Positions 1 through 9,942 of a stretch of 56,343 bases of DNA are shown here, piece by piece. The translations under genes and the position numbers were made by a program. Under the pieces are notes generated by a model that searched no databases, was not told the DNA's origin, and saw only the letters and a program-made list of their open reading frames with translations. This DNA comes from a virus (taxonomy: Duplodnaviria > Caudoviricetes), in the IMG/VR virus record IMGVR_UViG_3300025396_000018, positions 1 through 56,343 of that record, one strand, 5' to 3'. Position 1 is the first letter of the stretch; the number at the start of each line of letters is the position of its first letter.

Positions 1-52
1 TCACGGCCATAATTTTACCACCTTCACCTACAAAAGTTGCTAAGTCTTTCAT
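1..52 (-). CDS. Hypothetical protein, 5' part only (MKDLATFVGEGGKIMAV...), runs off the window
   Basis: ATG at 52 overlaps the stop of the vWA gene (ATGA); frame is open to the window edge. Confidence 0.55.
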   Translation of the reverse strand, partial: MKDLATFVGEGGKIMAV

Positions 53-2199
53 GATATCAATCCTATAAAACGATTAAGTACAACACGGTTATTCAAACGA
101 TTACCAGCAAATTTACTAAATGCTGAAACCAAACCACGGGTAGTGGCATTTTCTTTTACTTCAAAAGTTACATCATCATCAGTATCAAGGCCTTCTGAAC
201 GGAGTAAATAATACTCATCAAAGCCGCCATTGGTAACTACTAATGATTTGTTTTTACGGAATTCGTATTTGATTTTATCGATGGTTTGATAACCAGCATT
301 AGGATAAAAATGATACAATTCACGGCCTAAGTTACGACCAGACAAAACATAGAAACCAACAATGTTACAATTAGTTCTCGCCTTCAATATCTTTATATAT
401 GATGCTGTCAAATCACGACCTTGAGCACGTTCAACCGATTCTTGATTTTTAGTAATTGGATCACGAATCACAAATTTGCGATGAGCTTTCCAATCAGTAC
501 CACCATAATCAAGTTCTTTGTTAGATGTGCCACTTGTTTTATTACCTGAATTATTGATATAGAAAACATCACGATTACTATGACCTTCACCATCAGTTAA
601 GAATACAGTATTTACAATTTGTAATTTGTATTGTTTTTGGAATTCAGGAATAATCTTCATGGCAGAAATAACTGCTTCATTCAAAGGTGTACCGCCTTTT
701 TGTAACCAATTTGGTTTCCAGCCATAACGATATGTGGACATTTGAACTAAAGCAGAACCAGCATAAGTGAATTCAGAAGCAGACATTTTGCTCGATAACA
801 AATTTAACAATTTGAAATTGTGCAATTCAATATCACCTTCTTTAAATTCTTGGCGATATGGTTCATCATATTCTTGACTGAAAGCATACACATCATAAGG
901 AATGTTTACCTTCTTACAAAACATTACTAGATTGATTAATTGCTTTACAGTATTTTCCATGTGGTCAGACATAGAACCTGACCAATCAAGGAACATAACG
1001 AGACCGTGCGATTTAGCACCAGGTACTACTGTCATCTTTTTGAAGATATCATCAGTCAATTGATAAGAATAAATCTTACTCATGTTCAAGTCACCAGTTT
1101 TGGCAATAGAAGCACGTTTCAATTGGTCGGCATTTTTACGCAACTCAAACTCTTTGGCAAGATAGCCAACAACTTTTTTGGAATCATTACGCAACTTCAT
1201 GAATTTCTTCATGTCAGTACCAGTAAAGTCATCTGAGCGATATCTTAAAGCATCAGCAGCAGATAATTTAAAACGTTTCCACAATGCTTTATGACCTACA
1301 ATAGCTTTACTCAAATCAACATCAGGAATATTGCCATAATAATAAGTGCTATTATCTTGTGCAAATAACTTACTTTCATTTTTACGATATGCTTCATCGG
1401 TAAATGATTTAGTTTCCTGGTCAATTGCATTAGGTTGTGAACCACCACCAGACATGGTTTTTTCGGATTCTAATTCATCATCAGTATCTTCTTCATCACC
1501 AGCTTCAGAATCATTTTTGCTTTTGCGAGTTTCGGTATCTTCATCATAATCATCAGAATCATCGTAACCTTCAGAATCAAATCCTTCATAATCACCATCT
1601 TCATCTTCTTCAAATTCTTCAGGATGATTTTTACGATGTTCTTCTGCTTCTTCTTTCAAATACTCTGCAACGAGGCGAGCAACCGCCATCACATCATCAT
1701 AGGTCTCGGTCCCTTCAATTTTGCGAACCAGCGATTGCTCATAGTCGGTAAATTTAATACCTTGTGATGCACCACCTTTGCTGTACATATTCACACGGTC
1801 AATAAAATTCAAATCATTTAAATCGGTACCATTTGTACCAAAGAAATCTTTATCAATCAATTCACGATACGCACGGATAAAGCTGGAACGAATACCAGGA
1901 TATTTGTTTTTGATTTTTTTCTCGATACGAACATCTTCCAATACATTCATAACCGACATTGGAATTTTTTCTTCGTGAGCACGATACATTCCTTCTAAAG
2001 GAGTATAGAGTGCGTGGCCGACCTCATGACCCATGAATAAGTCATAGAGGTAGCCAGAAATGTTTTTATCAAGCATGGGCACAGTAAGTGTCCGTGATTT
2101 GACATCGAAAGACGCAGTTGATACATTGCGCTGTTCGACAATAAGATTTTCAGTTGCCATTAATTTGGCAAGTAATGATTTAGATTGAATAAGTTCCAT
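49..2199 (-). CDS. Metallopeptidase-like (HEXXH) plus von Willebrand A domain protein (CobT-like, common in T4-like phages)
   Basis: HEVGH motif; acidic linker; MIDAS DWSGSM, GGTPL and FLTDGEG. Confidence 0.85.
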   Translation of the reverse strand: MELIQSKSLLAKLMATENLIVEQRNVSTASFDVKSRTLTVPMLDKNISGYLYDLFMGHEVGHALYTPLEGMYRAHEEKIPMSVMNVLEDVRIEKKIKNKYPGIRSSFIRAYRELIDKDFFGTNGTDLNDLNFIDRVNMYSKGGASQGIKFTDYEQSLVRKIEGTETYDDVMAVARLVAEYLKEEAEEHRKNHPEEFEEDEDGDYEGFDSEGYDDSDDYDEDTETRKSKNDSEAGDEEDTDDELESEKTMSGGGSQPNAIDQETKSFTDEAYRKNESKLFAQDNSTYYYGNIPDVDLSKAIVGHKALWKRFKLSAADALRYRSDDFTGTDMKKFMKLRNDSKKVVGYLAKEFELRKNADQLKRASIAKTGDLNMSKIYSYQLTDDIFKKMTVVPGAKSHGLVMFLDWSGSMSDHMENTVKQLINLVMFCKKVNIPYDVYAFSQEYDEPYRQEFKEGDIELHNFKLLNLLSSKMSASEFTYAGSALVQMSTYRYGWKPNWLQKGGTPLNEAVISAMKIIPEFQKQYKLQIVNTVFLTDGEGHSNRDVFYINNSGNKTSGTSNKELDYGGTDWKAHRKFVIRDPITKNQESVERAQGRDLTASYIKILKARTNCNIVGFYVLSGRNLGRELYHFYPNAGYQTIDKIKYEFRKNKSLVVTNGGFDEYYLLRSEGLDTDDDVTFEVKENATTRGLVSAFSKFAGNRLNNRVVLNRFIGLIS

Positions 2200-2222
2200 A
2201 TAATCTCCGAGTTAAGAGAACC

Positions 2223-2251
2223 ATTATACTACAAGGAAAGTCTACCGTCAA
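2223..2251 (-). promoter_or_regulatory. Sigma70-type promoter TTGACG-17-TATAAT
   Basis: Near-consensus hexamers with a 17-nt spacer upstream of the vWA gene. Confidence 0.8.
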
Positions 2252-2910
2252 CTTTTCTTTTTATATGTGTTGTACCGGGACAACACTTTGCGATATTGCT
2301 TCACCATGGGTAGAATGGTATCGTAATCCAGACCAAATCGTGTTACCAATTCTTTTTTGAGACTGGTACTCATATACGCTTGAACTTCATCACGCACAAC
2401 ATTTACACCATAACCCATTTCTTTAAGTTTATTTACAATCTTAACATATGAAGAACGGTATTGTTTGTGAAATGTATAATTTAAATCCAGCATTTCTTCT
2501 TTGTATTGTGGATTCATAAAATAAAGTGCATGAGCAATTTCATGGTCAATTACATTGATATCACCTTTAACACCGCCGATAACATAAAAGGGTTCATTCA
2601 TATTTAATTGAATAGCTACTTCTTCTGCTAGTGCAGTTTCCCATTTTGTCTTATCTGATGCGTGTTGATAAAACCATTCAGTAAAAACATTTCCTGGAAT
2701 GTTGAAACCCGACCATTCATGAAAATAATCGATTCGACCTTCTTTGTCCATGTAAGCATCAATAAAATCCTCTAGTGTAAGATACTTTCCATTTACTTTT
2801 GCTGGGCCTTCATAAAATTCTTCAACACGGCAAAATGACAAAGCTAACTCTTTTTGTGTTTTGTACTCTAAAAGTAAGCAATTTTTAATTGGTTGACTAG
2901 ATTTAAACAT
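2248..2910 (-). CDS. Hypothetical protein with HEXXH motif
   Basis: DHEIAHALY; start taken at MFKSSQ (2919 is possible). Confidence 0.65.
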   Translation of the reverse strand: MFKSSQPIKNCLLLEYKTQKELALSFCRVEEFYEGPAKVNGKYLTLEDFIDAYMDKEGRIDYFHEWSGFNIPGNVFTEWFYQHASDKTKWETALAEEVAIQLNMNEPFYVIGGVKGDINVIDHEIAHALYFMNPQYKEEMLDLNYTFHKQYRSSYVKIVNKLKEMGYGVNVVRDEVQAYMSTSLKKELVTRFGLDYDTILPMVKQYRKVLSRYNTYKKKS

Positions 2911-2911
2911 T

Positions 2912-3097
2912 TTACTCATACATTTCTTTCATTTTTTGATAATTTGCTGAATCTTTTTCAAATCCGCTCATGACTGCCCACTTGCGAGTAACGATATCGA
3001 GCGCTTTCCATGCAGGAATTTCTTCATCCGCTACTTTTGCTGACATCCACAAGTTGTATTCTTCTTCATACATGATTTTTTCCTTCGGTTTTTTCAA
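2912..3097 (-). CDS. Hypothetical protein
   Basis: ORF tiles with neighbours; start uncertain. Confidence 0.55.
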   Translation of the reverse strand: MKKPKEKIMYEEEYNLWMSAKVADEEIPAWKALDIVTRKWAVMSGFEKDSANYQKMKEMYE

Positions 3098-3254
3098 AAA
3101 AGTTGTGCTCGATAGCAGCGGCTAGCTCATCGGCAAGCTTCGGATTGAATTTTACGAGAAAATGTGCTACATCATCAACAGGCACATGACGTAAATTGAA
3201 CATAATTTCATCAATTCCTCTTAAAATTGCAGTTTCTTCGTGTTGTGATAACAT
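3066..3254 (-). CDS. Hypothetical protein
   Basis: ORF with AAGGTG SD. Confidence 0.65.
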   Translation of the reverse strand: MLSQHEETAILRGIDEIMFNLRHVPVDDVAHFLVKFNPKLADELAAAIEHNFFEKTEGKNHV

Positions 3255-3263
3255 TTTTTCACC

Positions 3264-3410
3264 TTACATATCATAAAAATGGTCAATTACTACAAAATTC
3301 TTGTTATTTGCTTTTGCTTTACCAATTGATTCAAGCCATTTCAACTCTTTTTGCAAATCTTCTTCATTCAAAGTGTCGAGGTAATCATAATAATCGTCAA
3401 ATTCGCTCAT
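3264..3410 (-). CDS. Small acidic hypothetical protein, 48 aa (MSEFDDYYDYLDTLNEEDLQKELKW...)
   Basis: Hand-translated; fills the gap; ATGA overlap with the upstream gene. Confidence 0.65.
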   Translation of the reverse strand: MSEFDDYYDYLDTLNEEDLQKELKWLESIGKAKANNKNFVVIDHFYDM

Positions 3411-3757
3411 CTTCGCATACTCGCAATGTCTTTTGCTTCGTTATCTGTAAAAATTGGTACAGCATTTGATTTGTGCATAGTACCAATGCCTTTGATTTTC
3501 TCACCTGTATAAGAATTTCCGAATTTCTTAACACAAGCAACAAAACCTGTATCCAAGGACGCAACTTCTGGAGTTTGTCTATGAAAAGAAGCCATAGGTT
3601 TTAATGGCAATTTCTTTTTTATAATGGGAGAATTGGAATACCGTTTTGACGATAATTTATTGATAGCAGCCAACCACTCTGCTTTTTGCTCTTGCTGAAC
3701 TTTAGATAATTTCTTAGGTTTGGATTTTGGAATGTAACCGTATATCATAATAAACAA
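3407..3757 (-). CDS. Conserved T4-like hypothetical protein
   Basis: C-terminal YTG...GIGTMHKSNAVPIF motif recognised from marine and freshwater T4-like phages; true start probably one of the ATGs a few codons in. Confidence 0.75.
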   Translation of the reverse strand: MFIMIYGYIPKSKPKKLSKVQQEQKAEWLAAINKLSSKRYSNSPIIKKKLPLKPMASFHRQTPEVASLDTGFVACVKKFGNSYTGEKIKGIGTMHKSNAVPIFTDNEAKDIASMRR

Positions 3758-3777
3758 TTCTCCGAGTTAGAGAACCA

Positions 3778-3806
3778 ATTATAATACAGGTAGAGCTGGA
3801 TGTCAA
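3778..3806 (-). promoter_or_regulatory. Sigma70-type promoter TTGACA-17-TATAAT
   Basis: Perfect consensus. Confidence 0.9.
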
Positions 3807-3875
3807 GCGGATCTGTTGTATGGAAACAACAATACCTTTTTATCAAAGGCGGACATACCTACTTATAAGAAAAAA

Positions 3876-4058
3876 TCACAAATTTCTATTTTCTTCTGGT
3901 AAACTTGCGTCATCCAAATGACTTAGTATTTCCTCTACATCACGATTCTTCATTTTTTTAATTTCAGAATGTTCATTGCGATGTTTTCGCTTTGGCATAT
4001 AACTGTAATCTTCATTATAATCTTGATTCTTTCGGAACTTACCTACAAACTTAGTCAC
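3876..4058 (-). CDS. Hypothetical protein
   Basis: GTG start with GGAG SD. Confidence 0.65.
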   Translation of the reverse strand: MTKFVGKFRKNQDYNEDYSYMPKRKHRNEHSEIKKMKNRDVEEILSHLDDASLPEENRNL

Positions 4059-4067
4059 TTACATCTC

Positions 4068-4439
4068 CTATTTCATGGTTTCAAAAGTAATGCCTCGAAT
4101 TTTAGTTTCTGGCATATTATGCATATCCTCAGGTGAGATATAAGTAATCTCGGCCCCAGGATAACAAATTTTTACAATTTTGAGTAGTTGGCAGACTGTG
4201 CCATCGGAATCATTGAATGTCATAACTTCGTCAACAAATTTTAAACTTTTTATAATTTCTCTGCGAGTGTCATAGTTTTGTACAAAGCCGCCTTCTGCCC
4301 ACATCATCCACCAATCACTATGTACGCCGACAATTAGCCAATCACCTTTATGGTGACATTTTTTAATGTAAAGCAAATCATCAGATGATAGTGGATCAAA
4401 AGTGCCACAGATGACAACTATTTTTTCTGGCTCTTGCAT
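4068..4439 (-). CDS. Cytidylyltransferase-like protein (TagD/RfaE type) with degenerate HXGH motif
   Basis: GTFDPL, GDWLIVGVHSD, R.EIIKSLKFVDEV; HXGH reads SSDD. Confidence 0.75.
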   Translation of the reverse strand: MQEPEKIVVICGTFDPLSSDDLLYIKKCHHKGDWLIVGVHSDWWMMWAEGGFVQNYDTRREIIKSLKFVDEVMTFNDSDGTVCQLLKIVKICYPGAEITYISPEDMHNMPETKIRGITFETMK

Positions 4440-4865
4440 TTATGGTAATAAGTTTGGAAATGCCTCTTTAACAAATTTATAATCTAAACCTTTAACGCCT
4501 TGATTTTTTTGGAAGATACCAATGATAACTTCCGCTTCACGGGGTTCTAGTGATTCTAAGAGCTGAATTAACAATTCATTTCTCTTTCTAGGTGTCAATC
4601 TTTCTGCTGCAGGATTACCTTTTTGAAATAAGTATAATTTTCTTAATTCAGAAGATAATTGTGTTACACCAAGACCCGGTAAATTATCGGAAGGAACCTT
4701 ATAGTTGTCTGGCATTTCTGTAATCAACCATTGAAATGCTGGATGATACGTCAATTTTAAAACTTCTACCAAAGTCGAATTAAGATTCTTACCAATTACA
4801 TCTAATCTTTCTTTTTTACCTGTTGCTTGTTCAAACTCATCAAATATTTCAAACATATTTTTCAT
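4440..4865 (-). CDS. Conserved T4-like hypothetical protein
   Basis: ELRKLYLF...IQLLESLEPREAE...VKEAFP pattern; downstream of rnh. Confidence 0.75.
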   Translation of the reverse strand: MKNMFEIFDEFEQATGKKERLDVIGKNLNSTLVEVLKLTYHPAFQWLITEMPDNYKVPSDNLPGLGVTQLSSELRKLYLFQKGNPAAERLTPRKRNELLIQLLESLEPREAEVIIGIFQKNQGVKGLDYKFVKEAFPNLLP

Positions 4866-5704
4866 CAGAATTCCTCTATCACTTCCATTAAGTTCTTTAG
4901 TTTATGCTCAATAAAATAATTTAGCAATTTGCCTTTAGCAGGCTTTGTTTCTTCATAGGTATTTATAATTTTAGTTTTGATGTCCTCGGGAATAAAAGAA
5001 AGGTCAATGAGTGTAGCATTACGAATAAAGTTCGCCTTGATGGTCTCCTCTTGTTCCAGGTAACTTTCCGCCAATAGTTTATCTAACACCTTTTGTGTGA
5101 TAGGTTTCTGTCTTAGGTCACGGACAAAACAATCGCCAGGAGAGAATACATTAGGAATACCATCACCTTTATCGCCACGAATAATCTTTTCTTTTAACTC
5201 CATAATTGGATTTTTAGATATCACATATTTCTTTTGTGATGGATTATATTGTTTAACATTGGGATAGTTTTGTAATTGTAGAAAGTCACCATCACTTGAT
5301 AAAATCAAAATCTTTTCATGTTTAGATTGACGTGGTACTAATGTGCCAATAATATCATCTGCTTCGGCGCCCTCAACATCCAATACTTTGTATGGGAAAT
5401 TATCTTTGAGTTCTTGTTTGAATTTACCAAGCATATCAAAGATTAAATGCCAATCTAAATCGGATTTATCACGGTTCTTTTTACGATTTGCTTTATAGAA
5501 TGGGAAATATTCTTTACGCCAGTATTTACGATTATCACAACACAATACCACTTCACCGTATTCTGCTTTAAAATTCTTTACATGATTACGGATAATATTT
5601 AATACCATGTGACGGATTAAATGTTCATCCAGCTTGCCTTTTTGATTGGCAATTTGTGCCATAAGGCCGGCAAGCAATACCTGATTTAAGTCAATAAGAA
5701 TCAT
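4865..5704 (-). CDS. rnh: T4-type RNase H (5'-3' exonuclease)
   Basis: ILIDLNQ, YWRK..FPFYKANR, EADDIIG, SSDGDFLQLQ, GDKGDGIPN. Confidence 0.95.
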   Translation of the reverse strand: MILIDLNQVLLAGLMAQIANQKGKLDEHLIRHMVLNIIRNHVKNFKAEYGEVVLCCDNRKYWRKEYFPFYKANRKKNRDKSDLDWHLIFDMLGKFKQELKDNFPYKVLDVEGAEADDIIGTLVPRQSKHEKILILSSDGDFLQLQNYPNVKQYNPSQKKYVISKNPIMELKEKIIRGDKGDGIPNVFSPGDCFVRDLRQKPITQKVLDKLLAESYLEQEETIKANFIRNATLIDLSFIPEDIKTKIINTYEETKPAKGKLLNYFIEHKLKNLMEVIEEF

Positions 5705-5732
5705 ACCAAACTTTCAATAGTTTCAAAACTCT

Positions 5733-5761
5733 ATTATATCACGCTTCTGTCATTTTGTCAA
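5733..5761 (-). promoter_or_regulatory. Sigma70-type promoter TTGACA-17-TATAAT
   Basis: Perfect consensus upstream of rnh. Confidence 0.85.
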
Positions 5762-6092
5762 ATATACGTTGTACAAAAGCACCAGAAGTGGTAGTCTTCC
5801 TAACAACCATACCAAACCAGTTCTGTGGTATCAAATTGGAGATGTATTCGTAAGGGTCTACAAATATTGCTTCAAATCGGTCAACCTCATATAACTTGTC
5901 GTTTTTGGTATCGTCTTTGAATAAGATTACTTCGTAGGTGTGGCCCATTTCATTACCACCAACAGGTTCACCTGGATTCTTTAATTGATTAGCCTCTATG
6001 TGGATTTCACCTTCTTTTTCAGTAGGCATAAAAAAGATGGCATCGAATGGTCCTTCAGGATCATTCTTTAATTTTTGAAGATAGTCTAGCAT
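5739..6092 (-). CDS. Hypothetical protein
   Basis: ORF with AAGGA SD. Confidence 0.7.
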   Translation of the reverse strand: MLDYLQKLKNDPEGPFDAIFFMPTEKEGEIHIEANQLKNPGEPVGGNEMGHTYEVILFKDDTKNDKLYEVDRFEAIFVDPYEYISNLIPQNWFGMVVRKTTTSGAFVQRIFDKMTEA

Positions 6093-6498
6093 TGTATTCC
6101 TTGATGTGTGATTTTCTCACTCGTACCATAATCCAAGTGTTGTAGTATTCATCCGTTTCCATAACGCCACGGACAAATTGCTCTTTTGCTTCGAGATAAC
6201 CACATTCGCCTTTGGACCGGCAAAGATGTAATATTTCACGGGTGAATTTGTCATGACCCAATGATAACACATCTTTGCTTAGTTCGGCACTACTTCCATA
6301 GTAAGTTTGCCAATCACTAAATGCTTTATACCGTTTTTTCTTACCTTTGACTTGTCTGGTTTTGGTAGAATAGAAAAATTTCTTACCTATGTACTTTTTG
6401 TTATTCGTTGTATTGATAATCAAGTATACGAATCCGTAATTATCACCAATCAAGTCTTCCGTAAAATCAGTATTATTATATTGCCAGTTTATTCCCAT
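6061..6498 (-). CDS. Small GIY-YIG family nuclease-like protein
   Basis: YGFVYLIIN...KKYIGKK; YYGSS; FTREIL. Confidence 0.75.
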   Translation of the reverse strand: MGINWQYNNTDFTEDLIGDNYGFVYLIINTTNNKKYIGKKFFYSTKTRQVKGKKKRYKAFSDWQTYYGSSAELSKDVLSLGHDKFTREILHLCRSKGECGYLEAKEQFVRGVMETDEYYNTWIMVRVRKSHIKEYNARLSSKIKE

Positions 6499-6674
6499 TC
6501 CTCATTATCCAAATCGTCATCATCCTCTATATAGTCCTCGGATAATTCATCGATTTGTTCGCCGCAGAATGGGCAATGCTCTGGTAAGTCTTGAGATACT
6601 AGTTCTTCCATAAATGCTATGCTATAAGATGATTCACAACTTAAGCATTCTCCTGATAATTGTTTTTGTGTCAT
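6489..6674 (-). CDS. Zinc-ribbon protein with acidic tail
   Basis: CLSC...HCPFCG. Confidence 0.75.
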   Translation of the reverse strand: MTQKQLSGECLSCESSYSIAFMEELVSQDLPEHCPFCGEQIDELSEDYIEDDDDLDNEEWE

Positions 6675-6683
6675 TGTAAACCT

Positions 6684-7670
6684 TTAGTGAGCCCAAACAT
6701 CACCCCAATCTCCAGACAAAGAACCTTTTGCATAATCGGTTGCTCTATTCTCAAAGAAGTTTGTGTGTGTTGGTGCGTTAATCATTTCTTCTACCCATGG
6801 TAAAGGATTTCTTTTCACTTTAAACTGACCTTTAAGACCGAGAGAAATCAATCTGCGGTCAGCGATATAACGAATATATTTTTTAACATCTTCTGATGTC
6901 AAATCTTCCATTGGTCCCATTTGAAATGCTAGGTCAATAAATTTATCTTCTAATTCAACCATTCTTTCAGCAATGGTGTATAAACGACCTTTGAGTTCAT
7001 CATTCCAAATCTCACGATTTTCTTCAATGTATGTACGGAACAATTTAATCATGTTTTCGGTATGTTGAGTTTCGTCAACGATAGACCAAGTAACAATTTG
7101 ACCCATGCCTTTCATTTTACCGTGGCGTGGAAAATTTAACAACATAATAAACGAACTAAACAGTTGCATACCTTCGGTGAAAGCAGAGAATGTTGCAATA
7201 TGTGTAGCCGTATTTTCTTTTGTTGTATTTTTAGAAGAAATGTCCATTACATAGTCGTGTTTCTCTTTCATTTCAGCATATTCCATAAACTCATTGTATG
7301 TTGTCTCTGGTAAACCAAGAGTTTCAATTAAATGAGAGTAGGCCGCAACGTGCAATGCTTCACGAGCAGCAAAGCCCAATAACATCATACGAATTTCAGG
7401 CTGTGGGAAATATGGAAGATAATTATTTACATAACCACCTGCCACATCAATATCGCCTTGAGTAAAGAAGCGGAAGATATGTGTTAGAAATTGTTTTTCT
7501 TCTTTGCTTAATTTCTTTTTCCAATCCTTAACATCTTCAAGCATTGGAACTTCTGAATGCAGCCAATGTGATTGTTCGTGCTTCAACCAGGCATCATATG
7601 CCCAAGGATAGTTGAATGGTTTGAGGTATGTTCGTTCATCTGTTAAATTTAATTCTGTTTTCTTAATCAT
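6684..7670 (-). CDS. nrdB: Ribonucleotide reductase class Ia beta subunit
   Basis: FFTQGDIDV, REALH..AY, EGMQLFSSF, DETQH, NFFE; start at MIKKT. Confidence 0.95.
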   Translation of the reverse strand: MIKKTELNLTDERTYLKPFNYPWAYDAWLKHEQSHWLHSEVPMLEDVKDWKKKLSKEEKQFLTHIFRFFTQGDIDVAGGYVNNYLPYFPQPEIRMMLLGFAAREALHVAAYSHLIETLGLPETTYNEFMEYAEMKEKHDYVMDISSKNTTKENTATHIATFSAFTEGMQLFSSFIMLLNFPRHGKMKGMGQIVTWSIVDETQHTENMIKLFRTYIEENREIWNDELKGRLYTIAERMVELEDKFIDLAFQMGPMEDLTSEDVKKYIRYIADRRLISLGLKGQFKVKRNPLPWVEEMINAPTHTNFFENRATDYAKGSLSGDWGDVWAH

Positions 7671-7671
7671 T

Positions 7672-9456
7672 TCATCCTTCGCAAGCAATACAGTCGTTAC
7701 CTTGAGCAATTTGTGTCATGTCAATTTCCTTAATAATTTCACGTTGAATTTTCTTAGACACTTTATCTGCTTTACCTATTTTTTCTGAACGGCAATAGTA
7801 TAGAGTTTTCAATCCTTTTTTCCATGCCATAAAATGAATAGCATGAATATATTTGATATGTACATCTGGTCTAAAGAACAGATTTAATGATTGCGCTTGG
7901 TCAATATACACTTGACGGTCTGCAGCAAGGTCAATAACCCATCTTTGGTCAATTTCCATAGAGGTTTTGAAAACGTCACGCTCTGCATCAGAGAGTATAT
8001 CGAGATGCTGACAACTACCATCATTGGCAATAATACTAGACCAAGCATCAGCGTAAGCTTGTTCATCTTTTAGTTTCTCCTTTAGAATTTTATCTAACCA
8101 ACGGTTTTTATTTAAAAATGATCCCGATAAAGTATCCTGACGATAAGCATTAGCACGATAGGGCTCAATAGATGGACTGGTATTACCCATAATGATGGAA
8201 GATGAGGCATTAGGAGCAATGGCCATAACATGACTGAACCTGCGGCCAGTGCCAGCAGCGTCAGGAGCTTCACCACGTTCTTTACCCAATTGAAGATTTG
8301 CAACATCTAGTCCTTCCCGAATTGTTTTAAAGATTTTATTGTTTGCAACTTTCGCCATGACGCCTTCGAAAGCAATTCCATTGCGTTGTAAGTAAGCATG
8401 AAACCCAAGAGCGCCAATACCAATGCTTCGCTCACGTTCAGCAGAATATTTTGCTCTTGCAATGGCATCAGGAGCGTTATCAATAAAATACTGAAGCACA
8501 TTATCGAGCATTTCAGCAACATCTTTAAGGAATTGCTTATTGTTTTTCCATTCATCATAAGTCTCCAAATTCAAACTAGAGAGGCAACATACTGCTGTTC
8601 TTTCCTCGTTAGTTGGTAAAATAATTTCAGAACATAAGTTTGATTGATGTACTTTCAAACCTTTATCTTTTAACCACTTTGGTAATTGATTGTTACTTGT
8701 ATCAATAAAATGTAAATATGGTTCACCCGTATGCATACGCAATTCGAGAATCATTTGCCATAACATTTTTGCTGATACAGTTTCACGAATTTCATTTGAT
8801 GCTGGGTCTACTAAATTCCAATCATCATTGGTTTCAGGATCCAACATACACTTCTCAATGATTTGCATGAACTCATCGGTGATGTTAATACCATGATGAA
8901 GATTTAGACATCGTTGATTTTGGTCGCCTGTTGGCTTCCGCATTTCGAGGAAAGAAATAATATCGGGATGGCTAATGTCAAGATAGGCAGCATAACTACC
9001 ACGCCGAGTACGACCTTGACGATAAGCAAGAGAACTCGCATCATAAATTTTAAGGTGAGGCATAACGCCAGTAGACTTATCATCGGCAGACCGAATACCA
9101 AAACCAATACCCACACCGCCCCCGAGCATAGAGAGCCAATTAGTTTCTGATAGATTGTCAACTAATCCCTCCGCAGTATCTTCGATATAATTGAGAAAAC
9201 AACTAATAGGCATTCCCCGCTTAGACCTACCAAAGCTAAGAATAGGAGTGCTATAGGATAACCAATGAGAACTGCTATAATCGTAAAGCCGTTGTGCGTG
9301 TTCAGGAGAGGAACTAAACGCCTTGGAGACGAATGCGAATCGATGTTGTGGACTTTCTTCATCTTCCCTCATGTAACTTTCTTTTAGTCTTTTTATGCCC
9401 AATTCATCAAAAAGTTTATCTCGTTTCAAATCAATCTTAATTCCTAGATATTCCAT
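7672..9456 (-). CDS. nrdA: Ribonucleotide reductase class Ia alpha subunit (no ATP cone)
   Basis: PISCFL, QSNLCSEI, AVCCLSS, IAPNASSS, LKTLYY, C-terminal CIACEG. Confidence 0.96.
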   Translation of the reverse strand: MEYLGIKIDLKRDKLFDELGIKRLKESYMREDEESPQHRFAFVSKAFSSSPEHAQRLYDYSSSHWLSYSTPILSFGRSKRGMPISCFLNYIEDTAEGLVDNLSETNWLSMLGGGVGIGFGIRSADDKSTGVMPHLKIYDASSLAYRQGRTRRGSYAAYLDISHPDIISFLEMRKPTGDQNQRCLNLHHGINITDEFMQIIEKCMLDPETNDDWNLVDPASNEIRETVSAKMLWQMILELRMHTGEPYLHFIDTSNNQLPKWLKDKGLKVHQSNLCSEIILPTNEERTAVCCLSSLNLETYDEWKNNKQFLKDVAEMLDNVLQYFIDNAPDAIARAKYSAERERSIGIGALGFHAYLQRNGIAFEGVMAKVANNKIFKTIREGLDVANLQLGKERGEAPDAAGTGRRFSHVMAIAPNASSSIIMGNTSPSIEPYRANAYRQDTLSGSFLNKNRWLDKILKEKLKDEQAYADAWSSIIANDGSCQHLDILSDAERDVFKTSMEIDQRWVIDLAADRQVYIDQAQSLNLFFRPDVHIKYIHAIHFMAWKKGLKTLYYCRSEKIGKADKVSKKIQREIIKEIDMTQIAQGNDCIACEG

Positions 9457-9477
9457 GCAAACTCACCTTTATTGTTA

Positions 9478-9942
9478 TTATTTTCCGTAATTCAAAATTT
9501 CTTTTTTATAATCTTCGTCCCAATAATCGTAGTAATTGGACTTCATCAACTTTTCTCTTGCTTCTTCCAACTTCTTTCTTGGATTAACTAGAATAGTAGG
9601 ATACTTTCCATTACTTGTATTAACGCCATTAATAAAACCAGGATTATCAGGATGGTCTTTTAAGAAAATCATATCGTTACGTTTTGACTGCAACTTAGCT
9701 ATGATACTCTTTAAATCTTCATCTGTCAAATCTTTTTTAAGATTATAAAAAACGATTATTTCAAAATCAGGTGTTGTCTCAATGTATCTTAGTATGTAGG
9801 CCACACATTCTTTGCCAATGTAAGACCAAAATACTTTTTTTTCTTCTAATGCAGACTTTGCATAAGGACAAACATTAAACCCACCAAGTTCATCCTTTTT
9901 CTCCGAAATCCTTTGTACCCAATTGATTAAATCTTTTTCCAA
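9478..9942 (-). CDS. Hypothetical protein (DUF1415-like N-terminus)
   Basis: WV...NVCPYAK motif. Confidence 0.65.
   Translation of the reverse strand: MEKDLINWVQRISEKKDELGGFNVCPYAKSALEEKKVFWSYIGKECVAYILRYIETTPDFEIIVFYNLKKDLTDEDLKSIIAKLQSKRNDMIFLKDHPDNPGFINGVNTSNGKYPTILVNPRKKLEEAREKLMKSNYYDYWDEDYKKEILNYGK

Noticed and set aside
6061-6498. GIY-YIG gene near nrdB as a mobile homing endonuclease or intron
   Set aside because: Short, no DNA-binding extension, and nrdA/nrdB are uninterrupted
7884-9362. Chain of +1-frame ORFs inside nrdA (similar ones in gp44, gp43 and uvsX)
   Set aside because: Leu/Met/Ile-rich composition expected from A/T wobble; no convincing start signals
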